Assembly (NCBI GenBank): GCA_964270895.1
Contig: OZ185442.1
Source of the DNA: Podarcis filfolensis
Taxonomy: Eukaryota
Direction: 5' to 3' (one strand)
DNA: 64,000 nucleotides
Shown here: positions 13,030-26,303 of the stretch, in pieces
Position numbering within the stretch: position 1 is the stretch's first letter
Layout of the letters: each line of letters opens with the position of its first letter
Notes under the pieces: generated by a model
What the model saw: only the letters and a program-made list of their open reading frames with translations
Databases searched by the model: none
What the model was told of the DNA's origin: nothing
Program-made: the position numbers and the translations under genes

Positions 13030-13684
13030 CACAGTGAAAAATGGCCTGGCATAGAAAATCCAGGAACCTTCGCAGCAGGGCTGAAGGTAAAGTGAGCTAG
13101 AGTTTCCAGTCCAACAAGGCACCGTTAACCCACCTCTGCCTCGGTAACACACTGGTTGGTCCACATTGCAGCAAGCTCATTAGGCGGAACATCTCCTGCA
13201 CCAGCCCTGTGAGGTAGGCTAACCCAAAAGGATGACTAGTTCAGAGAGTGCTCTGGCTCAGGGAGGTGGGTGGATTTGAAATTGACCCCAGTCTAAAACC
13301 AACAGCACGCTGCAGACACCCCTATGCTAGGCTGGATGCTCCCTCTTTTGCACGCAGCTGCCATGTAGAATCAGTCTGACTATTAATTTGTTCCTCTCAC
13401 CTGGTGTCGCCTGCTTCAGGGTATTGGGCACAACTCTACCACCTGGTATAGCGCCCCCCCCCCCCCCCCCGTGCTTGAACTTGGGGTTTCCAGCCAATCG
13501 GGTGCAGGCCCTCTCCATGTTCTCTGGGCCCCAGAGGATTCTCTGCAGTGATCTGGTACAAAGGGGCACTGCTGAGGTGTACCTTGCAAGTGATGGTGAT
13601 TTGGAGGCCTGCTACCAGGGCTAGGTCAGTTGCCCAAGCCCAAGCCCAAGCCCCCCGGTCACTGCTGGCGTGGCAAGAAATTAG

Positions 13685-14117
13685 TTAAGAGGTGATGTGA
13701 CAGAAGATTACAAAATGTGTGGCATGGAGGAAGTGGATAGGGGAAAGTTTATCTCCTTCTCCCATAACACATTCGAAGCCGAAAGCTGTGGAGGATTCAG
13801 GACAGATTATGCAGCACATAGGTAAACTGTGGAACTCTCTCCCACAGGAGGAAGGGGTGACCACTGACCTGGATAGCTTTAAACGAGGATTGGACAACCT
13901 CACGGAGGAGAAGGCTACTAGCCAAGATGGCTACGCCCTGTCTCCACCGTCAGAGGCAGCAATGCTTCTGAATACCAGTTGCTGGAAACCACAGGAGGGG
14001 AGAATACTCTTGTGCTTGGGTCCTGCTTGCAGGTTTACCACAGGCATTGGTTGACCACTGGGAAAAGAGGGATGCTGGACTAGATGGGCCACTGGCCTGA
14101 TACAGCAGGCTCTTCTT
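13685..14117 (+). mobile_element. CR1 LINE 3' fragment
   Basis: Decayed ORF2 C-terminus (LWNSLPQE...LDSFKRGLDN) followed by the typical 3'UTR ggatgctggactagatgggccactggcctgat. Confidence 0.8.
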
Positions 14118-16937
14118 GCATTGGGTGCTGCAACAAGGGCCTGAAGAGAAGTCAGTGAAAGGACTGCGGCCCCCAGTGTGGCACCTTCACGTGGTCCCCT
14201 GAAAGGGATATGAGGGCAAGCAAGGGCCTCAGGCTGGACTCTTCCACTACTGAGTTAATGCCTGGCCCTCTTTTTGGCACAAGAGGGCGCCTGAGGGTTG
14301 GGCGCTGGATGCAGCCCTGACTGGGCCTCAGTCCCTCCTGGAAGCTCCACCCTTTGCAACTGCAGCAGCAGCCTTCCCTTCCTGCAAAGGAAGATTTGGG
14401 GTGGGAAAGTCTCTGCCAGCGCTTTCCCCCCAACTCCCCAGTTCAAGACCTGGAAGGAGAAAGGAGCTTTTCTATTGGGGCTTCCCATCTTCTTTGAGCA
14501 GCTTCCCTGAGGGTCTCTTGCACCCCCACCCCAAAAGAATGAGAGATGGGGGGCTGCGTACCCAACAGGTTGGCCCCAAACTTGTTTTGGGGTTGGCAAA
14601 CTGCTTGTGCAACTTTGTGCCAAACTGAGGAATTGGGGACCTATTTTAGCATAATTGGAAATCCCTTTGTATAGGAGTGAAGGTGATTGAGATGGAGCCA
14701 GCCCACAAGGGGTGGCTAGGGAGAGCTCTCCAGAGGTTGGGGGTAGCCCTTGAGGACACAGCATTGCCCCTTCCTCGCTACTTGCCATTGCTTCCCAGTG
14801 CCAGTGTCCACATCCCCTCCTGAGTGCATGCTTTTCTTTCACAGCTCAATAAGCCCAGCCCCACTCTCCTGCCCCCTGGATTTGGGGGACAAGGCATCTA
14901 GGCAAGGAGGCAGGGTTAAGTTCCAGCCCCATTTCCCTGTGGGACTGGGTGGACAGAAATGAGCTGTGCTGCTGGCACAGCTGCCCTTTGAGGTAATAGA
15001 AGTGGACTAAGGAGCACCTTCTAAACCCTGGTTGGACTAATGCCTACAAAATCTCCTTCGACCCAAGTAGAAGTTGCACGTGATTGAACACATAAGAGTC
15101 TTGTGGAGGAAACAGCCTCAGAAAGAGAGAGCAGCAGCAGGAGGAGGAGGATACCGGTGAGAAGGGAAGGGAATGGCCAGATCTAGAACTTCGGGTTAAA
15201 TTTGTTGGGAGAGCAGCTGGTTATAAATGAGGTAGGGGGGAGGGGACTGAATTTATGGGTGGGGGTCTCTGCAACACGTGGGCAGGACCTGCAAATGGTT
15301 GAGAAGCGGAAAGAATGAAAGGAGAGAATTTTCAGCCCAACATGCTATGTTCAGTCTTAGCATGTCTTCTGGGAGTCACCTGCCAGTGGTGGGTGGGGCC
15401 AGAGACAAGAGTGGGTGGAGCAGCGGAGGTGACTCCTACTTCCTGCATTCTAGCCACACAGGTCAGAGTGGGTACATGCCTGCACACCCACGTTTCTCCC
15501 TCTGTCCAAGCAAGCAGGAGGCCTGATCACACAGCTCATGGGCACGTTCTAGCCAGGCAAAAGCAGTTGAGGAGGGTGATGAGCCAGGCAGATGAGGGCT
15601 GTGGCCTTGGGGAGAAGGGGTGTGCCCTGCAAAAGACTCCCAGCCACATTCAGACCCAGGTTTGAGGTTCTCCACCCCTGATAACAGAGGGTCAGCTGGT
15701 CTAAAGGGGTCCCCCATTTCGAGTCATTCCCTGGCACATATCCACCCTTAAACTCCACAGGACACACAGGGGCTTTTTGCAGGCCTGCCCATGAACACCA
15801 GAGCAGGAGATATGGGAATGTGTGAAAGCCATGCTGTCTCTGGATTTACACCTTCAAAATCTGGATCCTTGTAGCTAAAGGGAGTTGCAGTTTGTGCCCA
15901 CGAAGGACTTGTTGTTCTGTCCTGGTAGGGATCATGTCTCTTGTTCTCCTGCCTCTCAGCCTATTCTATTTATTAAGGTTAAACCAACAGGCTCCTCAAA
16001 TCTGCATATCTTTAAATAAATCAACATGCCAACTATTCCAGCTGGAATATTTAATCCTTCCCTCCCATCCACATGGAATTTCAATACGCATTATTGTCGT
16101 TGTGTACTCCAGTGGCCATTTTTGTTTAAGGGACGGCACCTGCCTTCCCTTGCTTGTTCTACCTGAAGCAGGTTAGCCATCAAAATAATCCAGCCATCCC
16201 TGCTCTCGCTCCCTCTGTGTGGGTGGAAGGGGGGGAGCTCTGACCCGCCAGCCCCCTCTCAACCACTTCCTGTTGCTCAGCAGCGTTAATGGAAAACAGA
16301 CCCCATCTTTGCCTCTCTGACTCTTTTCATTCCCAAGCAAGAGGACGGAGCAGGGGGGTCCTTCCGTGGCAGAGGGGCTCCATTTTTCCCTCCTGGCCCC
16401 CTTGGTGCTCCCGCGTCCCTCTTCTCCGTGTGCCCGGTGAGTATGCCATGGCGAACAGCCTTCCCCCACCCCCATCTCTAATGTCTTCCCACCCAGGGTT
16501 CCAGGCGACCCAGTTCTTTGATCACTGGAGAAAGAGGAATGGCTTCTGCGTCTGGCTTAGAAGCCACTTAGCTTGAGGTTCTCCACCATGTTTCACAAGG
16601 AAGGTAGCGGAGAAATCTCCCCCCACCCCGATTCTGCTCTCTCTCTCTGTGTGTGTTCATGTGTTTGCTTGTATGTAGGGAGAGGAACTGATCTGGGCCT
16701 GTTAGCTCAGTGCAAGCATGCTCAAATTTGCGTCTTGGGCACAGACTTGAGTTCTCTCAGATGCTAGAATTCAGCCGGAGAACAAGCTAGCCACCTTCCT
16801 CCTCTCCGGTCCTACTTAACTTCTGCAACCCTTCTAACCCTTGGAATTAGGGAGCCATTGTTTTCAAATGTGTAGCAGTTGACTGTAGTTACTCAGCAGT
16901 GTCCCTCTGCATGTGTTCAATGATGCCATAGCTATTT

Positions 16938-17530
16938 CACAGAACCATAGAGTTGGAAGAGACCTTGAATCTCGTCCACTTCAAACCCCTGCTCAGTGCA
17001 AAGACGCCCATTGCTTCAGCATCCCATCCAACCTCTGCTTAAAAACCTCTAACAAAGGAGAGTCCACCACCTTCTGAAACAGCCTGTTCCAAATACCTCA
17101 CGTTATCAGGAAGTTCTTTCTAATAAGACAAAATCCTTTTTCCTGTGATTTGAATCTGTTGTTTCAGGAGTCCTACACATTTGCCCCATCTCTGTGACAG
17201 CCCTTCAGATATTTGAAAGTAGTCGTCATTGTATCTTGTTCAGGCTAAATATACTCAGCTGCTTCAACCTAAAGACCTAGGAAGAAAGGGGTCCTCTTGC
17301 CCCTCCCTGTGTTAGTTTGCTTGCTTGCCCACCCCAACCCCAACCTCTGGACACATTCCAATGTGTCAATAGCCTTTTTAAGCTCCAGTGTCCAGAAGTT
17401 AACACTGTTCTCCATATGAGGCCTGGTCACAACAGAACGGAACAGCACCTTCCTTGTGATCTGGATGCTATCATGCTGATGCAACCTAGAATTTCACTAG
17501 CCTTTGTAGACACCCCATCCCACTGCTGAC
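16938..17530 (-). mobile_element. Old CR1 LINE 3' fragment
   Basis: Reverse-strand CR1 3' end (catagagttggaagagacc...tccaacctctgcttaaaaacctc...ggagagtccaccacc) extending into decayed ORF2. A shorter related copy is at 21499-21647. Confidence 0.7.
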
Positions 17531-20500
17531 TCAACAGTGGGGCTGCTGATTCCATGTGTCCCAGCGCTGAATGCTAGACTCTGTGTCAGCAACTAGCATC
17601 CTTGGGCAGCTTCCAGAATTGCAGTACCTTGGCATGGTCCACTGCTGATGCCTGCCCTGGACCTCCTATAATTTTGATGGGGTGGGAGAGCACTATGAGC
17701 ATTGCAATGGGGTCTATCCAGCTTTTAAATTTCCCAACAATGCCCCTGGCCTAATGTTGCTTTGGGGTACTGTATGAAATTTTAAAAGTACATAGATTTC
17801 ACTGCCCAGCAGTCAGCTAAGCCCATCAGAGGACATTGTTGCCCAAGGCCTTGAGAAGGGGCTCCAGGTCCAAATCCACCCCCTTCTTCCACCTTGCCCT
17901 GCCTTTAAAGCCTGCTAGGGTCAAAGACATGAGATAAAGTCCACAGGGCACTAGGCTTCTTCAAAGCTCATGGTTGCTTCCTGGGTTTGGGCCATTAAAG
18001 CTTTCTCCTGCCATCTTGGCAGCACATGGCTCAGCAATGAGGACTGGAGCATGATGGCAATGCCCATTCCTGTTAGCACATTCCCAGCAGGCCCAGGAAT
18101 TGCTGCTGAAAAGTCCGGGCGACATTCTTGTTCATGGCTCTGGCTGGGGCCAAATGGACTTAGCTGCCCCAGTTGAGTGCTCTTCAGCAGTTGCAATAAT
18201 GCATATATAGAGTGCTGCAGACTCCCCTAAGCAGTCGGGACTCGGTCTCAACCTAAGGATCCAGTTGAGAATATTGCAGAGATGAGAGAGTGAGCCAAGG
18301 GCACCACAGGATGACCATCAGCCGGTGGCCTTATTGCAAGCGCACCCCCTTTGTCTTGGGACTCCGTTTCTCTTTCCACCTGTAACTGCTTCCTCCTCCA
18401 GCTCTCCAGCCTGCCAGCTGACTACGAAGATGCAGGACTTCCTTGCTCTTGTGCCTCCAACAGCACTGAGACCATTTGTCCTTTCACCTGCTAAAGTCTG
18501 CGGCCCAGTGTGCTTTTACAAAGACACAGTTACACTTTGCAGCTGAACAGTTGGCACCCTGAGTCACCCCCTCCACTGCTCTCTCCCTGCACTTCAAGCC
18601 TCTTGACTTTGCTTTAATCATTAACCAGATGTTTGAGCTGTGCGGAGACCAGGGAATGGGAGGGGGGCCCCGCTGGATGGGGGGAGCTTATAGGAACTGA
18701 GCTGCTGCATTGAGGGGAGGAGGGGAAGATTGTGGAAGAGGTTGCAAGGGTCAATCTAGGGCCACTTCACATTATTTTAGTGGCCCTAGTCTGGACTATA
18801 ATGTGCCTATGGCAGGGTCCCCTCAAGGCTGGCAGCTTCAACCTCATCACCCCTCTTTGTGGTAGTGAAGTGTCAACTGTCACTCAAGCCTGGCCACTTC
18901 ATTGACTTGCCTCCCTCCCTCCCCACCCCCCCCACAACAGATAAGCCAACCAGCCCTTTGTCGGACAGATACAGCCAGACATATCAGTACAGATTGGGAG
19001 AAGCCACTGAATTGGCTGGGGGAACAGCTCCACTACTTGAGGCAGTGACTGCCCCCCCCTCCGCCGCCACCACAAACAAGAGAGGGGCCCCAGCACCCCC
19101 CATTTCCTGTGGCTGAATACTTGGCATCCCTCCTCCTGCTCCTTGCCAGAAGCCCCCACACCCCACCGAAGGGGGTCTGTGTTTTCTATTGCTGGCCTGG
19201 CTTGACTCATCTCTGCTGATGTGTCACATTTTTTGGATTTTTCTCTTCATCCTCCATCCATCCGGATATTTCTGGGAAAAACAGGATCTGGCTGCCCCTG
19301 TGTCCGCTGCCCCACTTGGGCTAAACTCAGCAGCCATCGCTCTCAGTCCCAGGAAAACTCCAGCTGCCAAACTTGCTGCAGCCAAGGAGACGGGACAGCT
19401 GCTTTTGAGCTCAGTGTTGTGAAGCGGAGAAAGAGAGAGGATGCTAGAGGAGGCCTGATCCTTCCTAGCCCCATTGCCACTGCTGGGGTTCTGAGGTTAG
19501 TGACTAAAAGGCTGAGGGACTTAAAAGCTGGAGTGCCCAGAGGTATGAGACCACTTTCGTGTGCCAGGAAAACATGTGTGCCAAACCTGAACCAATGGCA
19601 GAGGGGAGCAGTCACTATATATTTCTGGAGCAGATGGCCAGATCTTTTTGCTTCTCAGGCTGACCAGTATTTCTAATGTATTTGGGGAGGTGGGGGTGGG
19701 CAGCCACCCACATTCTTGGAAGGGTTCCTGCACTGAAAGTTTGGTTGTCTGAATGCAGTGTTTCTCCCTAAGACAGGACACCTGGCGTTTGTCTTTTTGA
19801 TAACAGGGTTTGCAAAACCTGCTGGAACTGGATGCTGCATTTGTGGCCTGTGTGTGCGGTTTTGACATTTTGGGGGAGAAGTCTTGGCAACAGCAGGAGA
19901 GGCTATTTTGACGTGCACCAAAAAAACCCCTCCCTTGTGGGGTGTGCCAACCAGCATGGCCTCCTGGGACCAGTGCCTTGGCGTCACTGCTTGTTTTCTC
20001 TTCTGTGGGGCTGAGTTAAACTTAACATGCCACATCTAATGAGCACCCCTCCCATTGGAGGCATGCTGCCAGGGTGCCGTTTTGGGAGCTTAATCCAAGA
20101 ACCGCTTAGCTTGGAGAAACAGGAACAGAGTTTCTCTGTGCCATGTGCAGAGAGAGACTTTCCCCTCTCAAACTAAGAAATTGCTGCTCCGGTATAGTTA
20201 AGCTTACTGACTAGTTTCCCATCCAGAAGGAGGCAGCCTTGGGGGCCCATCCAGCACCCCCTTTTTAAAACCAAGCTCTGCTGATGAAGCCCGGGACCAA
20301 ATCTGAGAGGCCCAAAGGAGCTGTTTTCTGCCTCTGCTGGCAGGAGGGTGTTTCTCTTGCCCTGGCTGTGCAAACACACCCAGCGGGTCTTGATGCCAAC
20401 CCAAGCCCAACCTTGGAGGCCTCCCTGGTGCAGAGAGAGAGGGTCCTTTGTGTGGACCTCTTTTGATCCTGACTTCCTTCCATGGACTCTGGGCCCCTTT

Positions 20501-23426
20501 GACCACCACGGCAGGTGGGCAGGCACAGGGACAGCTCCTTTCGCAAAGGATTTTGCAGTCCATTGGCCCTTGCAAGCCTCTCCTCCTTGTTGCCTGGCCC
20601 TCTGCTGCCCGGGGGCTGCTCCTCCCGGAACGCAGAGAAACAGGAGGCCTTCTCTTCTCCTCCCTCTGTGTGTCCCTGGGTGTGTGTGTGTCCGTCCGTG
20701 TGTCCAGCCCAGGCTTCCTGCTCCAGGGGAGGGGGCGGGTTCACTGTCCAAAGGGAGCCAGGCCGGTCCTGACATTTGTGTGCTTCCAGCTGCACGGAAG
20801 TGAGCGGCAGTTTCCATTAGCCGCTCAGTCCAGAGGCCAGTCTGCTGCTGCTCTGTAAGATCCCGCTCAAGCAGAGGGGGGGGGCTCCCTTTCTCCCCTC
20901 CTTCTCAGAGGCTCCTTTCTTCTGACAGGGACTGCAATGGAGGCAGAGCAACAGCCTTGAATTCGGATAGACCCTGCGCTCGGTAAGCCTGGCACCCTTT
21001 CTCAATGTTGGTCTGATAGCTGGATTCTGTGGCTGCTAATTGCATGAACCGCTTTGTAACGGTCCCATTCAAATCTGCTTTGAAGATAGCAAACTTTTCA
21101 GAAAGGAGAGCTGGAAGTTGCCCATCCACATCTATGCACTTGGATAGCAGACCAAGCACAGGGCCACAGGTTGCCTGACCCACGAACTTCCCTGCCAGGG
21201 TGAGATGTACTGTATTTCCATCGAAAGCACAGTAAATACTCGCAAGCGTTCGTGAACTAGTGCATCCAAATTTTGTTCAATTGCATCCTCTTTGCCCCTC
21301 TTTTGGTGTTGCATCTCATCCTTTTTGGGTGATGCCTGAGTGGGGATCCTGTCCCTGTGCCATTTGGGAAGGATGGGCTGATAGAAGGAGCTTTGTGGAA
21401 GGAGCTTCTCCGTGGGAATAGTGGGTGAACAAGCCTTGGGATTCCAGTCCGATTCTACTCTGGGCAACTGTTCCTTTAGAAGAAGTCGTGCTTGTTCCTA
21501 GAATCAAAGAATTGTAGAGTTGGAAGGGACTCTAAGAGTCATCTAGTCCAACCCCTTGCAATGCGGGAATCACAGCTAAAGAATCTCTGGCAGATGGCCA
21601 TCCAACCTCTGCTTTAAAACTTCCAGTGAAGGAGAGTCCACCTCTAGGGACAGACCTGTTGGTTCTATCGCTGGCCTCTTCCTCGCATCCTTTACTGTAG
21701 TGGCATGAATAACCTACTCAGGTGTAGCTCCTGAACCTTCATGGCTCACTTGCACCAATGGATGGGGTAACTGCTCTTAATTTCACAAAGCAGACCTGGC
21801 TAGCTATCACCTCTGCACGGGTCCTCTCTTATCCCAAATTGGGGGAGGGGGCTTGCTGTGGATGCACGAGCACTCTGCCCATGCTCAGAGACAGAATTTA
21901 TTATTAAATTCTAAGCCGAGTCTTGCCAACAACTTGTACGTCCAGTCAAGTCCCCCAGTGACATCTTAATATCCTGTTGTTACTGGGTGAGATCAGTTTC
22001 TACATCTTTAACGCTCTGTGGAAAATCCCATTTCACGGAGCCTTTCCCAGTCCCTGCTAACATTATGTCTTCAGCCAAAGCTGCAGTTCACCGTAACATA
22101 TTCACAAAGTCTCCCCCCACCCCAAAAAAAACACCCAAACTCCGCTTCCCTTTTTAAAAATTTGATGTTATATAGAACCCATAAACAGCCCAAGGGTTGA
22201 AATGGAAAAATTAACTTTCTAGATTTGCTCTCCCCCACCCCTCCCCCAAATAACAGGCAATGGTTCCTCAATGTGAGGGATGCGCTCTGTGCATGCTTTT
22301 GGTTATTCTTGCCTTTGTTATTAGCTAGCACATTCCCGGAGATGCGCTTAAAACAACATTGAGCACCAGGACTCTGCCTGAAGCTGCATCTGTGTCTGGC
22401 TTCTGCTGGTTTCCCCCCCTCCCTCCCTCCCCTGCATTCCTGCACTCTTGGCTTCCTGCTGCAACAGGCCAGGCATCATTGGGCAATTTGGTCAGCACAG
22501 GAGAGACTCCAACCAAGCCAAGCCAGTTTCCATTTTAATTTCAGGCTCAACTGGAGGAGGAATTGCCTGGTCCCTCTTTGAAATTCATTCACCCCCACCC
22601 AAAAAAAAGGCATCTAGGAGAGTTCCCCAGAAAGTACCAGTGGGGGTGGGAGAGAATCTGAGGCAGCTTCTAAATTGCTTTCCCTACTCACAAAAGGTTC
22701 CTCTGCAATCTTTTTCTTTCTTTTTTCTTTATTCTCCTCTGCTTGATATTTGAAAAAAATAGGACAAAGCTGGGTTTTGTTGGTGAGATTGGTTTCATAA
22801 CATAAATCTCTTATTTTTAAAATTATTCCATTATCTCAAATTATTTTGATCAGATTATGGCAGCATTTATCTCTATGCTTATTAGCTAAAACAGATGAAA
22901 AACAGGTCATGGGGGGGACCCCTTTCCTACCCACACCCCAATATGTGTGTGTTGCACTCCAGTTAGTGATCGGTGGCACAAGTCTGTTTTTCTGCATTTT
23001 TTTTTAAAGGGTTTTATCCTCTGTGCCCAAATGTCTCATTTTCATTTCCGAGTTTTACAAATATTTTTGCAAGTGGTTTTTAGACTCCCTTTCCCATTCC
23101 TTCCCTGCTGTACTGCCATGGGGGTTGGTCGAGGGGTGTGTGCGTATTTTCCAACATCACAGACAAATGAGAAGAGGCAGTTCTTACCTTTGATGAAAGT
23201 TAGCAGCAACACCCCCCTTGTTTCCTCCCTTACAACTTTCTTGTTATCCCTGACTTATGTGGAAATACAGCCTGGTAGGAGCTGAACAGACCCCTGATGC
23301 AGGACCTTCTCTGCATTCCTTGTAGAGATGAACAGTGGGAGGTAACAGAAGGAGGTGCTCTCCTTCCCAGCAGAAATGACCAAACTCACACGCCAGATCA
23401 ACAAGGCAGTGGTAGTCACCAAGCTA

Positions 23427-23782
23427 AGGTAAAGGTAAAGGGACCCCTGACCATTAGGTCCAGTCATGGCCGACTCTGGGGTTGCGGTGCTCATCTTGCT
23501 TTATTGGCCAAGGGAGCCGGCATATAGCTTCTGGGTCATGTGGCCAGCTTGACTAAGCCGCTTCTGGCGAACCAGAGCAGTGCACGGAAACGCCGTTTAC
23601 CTTCCCGCCAGAGCGGTACCTATTTATCTACTTGAACTTTGACATGCTTTAGAACTGCTAGGTTGGCAGGAGCAGGGACTGAGTAACGGGAGCTCACCCC
23701 GTCACGGGGATTCGAACCGCCGACCTTCTGATCAGCAAGTCCTAGGCTCAGTGGTTTAACCCACAGCACCACCTGCGTCCCT
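23427..23782 (-). mobile_element. Full-length Sauria SINE inserted into a CR1 3' fragment
   Basis: Reverse complement of the 7168 copy, with a 14-bp TSD tagtcaccaagcta (23413-23426, 23783-23796). CR1 sequence continues over 23797-24030. Confidence 0.93.
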
Positions 23783-24554
23783 TAGTCACCAAGCTAGATG
23801 ACTCTAAAAGCGGTTTAGACAAATTCATGGTTTAGACTAACAACCATGATAGCTACTAGCCACGACTAGTCAGAGGCAGCAATGCTTCTGAATACCAGTT
23901 GCTGGAAACCACAGAAAAAATCCTGCTTGCTGTTTCCCCTTTAGGGCATCAGATTGGCCACTGTGAGAACAGGATGCTGGACTAGATGGGCCATGGGCCT
24001 GATCCCGCAGGCTGGTCTTATGTTGTTATGTTTGGGGCCCATAACTTTGCATGGTTTATCCTTAGCATGTTCAGAAGAGGAGGTAATTTTTCCCCAAAAA
24101 ACAACCCCCTCTTTCTTCTCTGGCCTGCTGCCCAGCCCAGCTGCCTGGCTCGCATCAAAGGGTCGCTCAGAGCTTTAGGAAATCTTGGACTCATGAAAAG
24201 CTTGCGGGGTGAGGGGGGAGAGTTCTGTTTGCAGATGAGGCTGGCATCTGCCTGGATGGCTCCTGGAAATGGGGGGCTGTGAGCTGCTCCTTGCTCAAGG
24301 GGGCATCCAATCCAGCATGTTGTCTTGAATGGGGGGTGCTTTCTACCTATTATTCAGCAGAATAAGTGGGGGCCAGGAATAATTATTTGCCCAAGGCCCT
24401 GTTTGAGGAGTCAGTGCTGTGGGTAGTAATATTGGTGAAAATTTGTGTTCACATGCAGCTTGAGAATCTTCAAAGCTTTTGACTCAGATCTAGTTTGAAC
24501 CTGAGAGTCTCAGACCCAACCTGCCCTTCTGTCCCCAAGAACTTTTTGCTCTGA

Positions 24555-24660
24555 TTGCAGGTTTGATCCCCGTATGGGACAGCCACATAATCCTGCATTG
24601 CAAGGGGTTGGACTAGATTATACTCAGGGTTCCTTGCAGCACCTACAATTCAATGACTAT
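24555..24660 (+). mobile_element. tRNA-derived SINE with CR1-type tail (5'-truncated)
   Basis: B-box remnant ggtttgatcccc followed by cctgcattgcaaggggttggactaga. The same tail occurs at 43845-43930 and 48170-48240. Confidence 0.7.
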
Positions 24661-26303
24661 CAGCTTCTTCCCTGGCCCTTGTTCTGTCCACCCTGGAGTG
24701 TGTCCTCTGGACCCTTTGCAACATCCTTTCAACCTGCCAGAAATAGCCTTGACCTGGAAGACTCCTGAGTGCGGCAGTTGCTGGGTGGGGGCAGAGGAAG
24801 AGGCAACATCCGGTCTCCAAACAACAAGCCATCTTCCCACCACTAAGGATGCATCTTTTCCTGTGACAGTGGCAGGAAGTGCCCTGGGGGTGGGGGGCTT
24901 AAGGGATGGGGGAAGAGAGGAAACATTTGCTGGGGCTCTGTTCCCAGGGTCATGCACAACCGTAAATTAAACATTGGGCCTCGGGGGATGACAAAGCAGT
25001 GTGAATAATGCATTGGGTTTGGGTATGGAGAAACTTGGGTTCAAACCCTGTTTGGGCATGAAACTCAAAGGCCTGGGTCATTGAGAGGATTAAATGCCAC
25101 AGGAAATTCTTTGTATCCTTTGGCGCCCCTCTTTTCAGCTTGCAGAGTCACTGACAGATGCCTCCATCCAAGCTTCCCCGGGGTGTGGTGTGTGACGCAT
25201 GTCAGAAGAGGCCCCCTGGGAGGGATGACTGTCACAGGACTTTGTAGCCTGAGAGGCTGTCCTGTCCAGCAACCCCATGACTGGCCTGGGGGCCTGAGGA
25301 AAGCAAGGCAGCTGTTTTGCTAATTAACGGGGGGGGGGGAGTTGTTTGGCACAGTCAAGCCCCCAAGGTTTCTTTTATTTGGCAATTTAAAACTATCTCA
25401 GCTGTTTGCCCTTTAAGCTTAAGAGTTCTGGGGCTGTGCACCCCACAGTGTGAGCAAAACCGAGAGAGAGGAGTTCTCAGGAGTGCCACAATCAATTTAT
25501 TAAAAGCCTGACACATTTTAGAGAAATTCCTTTGTTGGAGGCATCTTAGTAGACCTGCAACCCACATGCATTTAACTTGCGTGCATTCAGCTTTATGTGA
25601 CCTGGTTCTAAGAAATGATTCACAGTGGGGGTGGTGTACCTTGCTTTTATCCCACATGTTACTGAGGTGCTCATTTGTAGTGGTCTTTGTGTTTGACCCA
25701 CATAGTTTCCTGCATGCACACCAAGTGGCATATACTACATAAATGCTACTGCACATGGAGAAATGTTGGCTGGTATAAACTGTTGGATTTGTGAACATGT
25801 AAAATTTACTTGTATGATTACAGTGAATGCAGTGTCTGCAGGGATGGTGGCCAGAGAGCTTAGATATTCCCAAGATAATGGACTGTGGTGGATTTTACAT
25901 TAGAGTCGCTGTGAACCAACCAGTCCTTTAAGTTCCTTGTTCTTTTGTGATTAAAGGTTTGCTCTCTAAACATAGAACGCTATCTTGAGATGCCAATGTT
26001 TGTGAATACGATTCTGAAGACCATTGGTGACACTGTCCTATCTCAGACCACAAACAATTCTGTCCTTGCTCCTCAGCAGGGATATTGATAGAAGGTCCTC
26101 TGTGTTCCTTCTGAAGGCCCTTAGCCTGATGTCCTCTGCAATTCTTCATGGACACCCTCTGTCATTTAGTCCTCTTTCCAGTCCAGGTGCCTCCTGTCTG
26201 AACGATGTCTGAACGAACCATGTCTCCTAAGGAATTGGGCAGGAGTAATGTGCAAATAATGACCCCTCCTCCCTGTCCTCCCAGGTGCCACTGAGGAGCC
26301 ACC

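Noticed and set aside
13455-13470. Homopolymer C/G runs (also about 30037-30052 and 44099-44113)
   Set aside because: Simple mononucleotide tracts with uncertain assembled length and no supporting structure.
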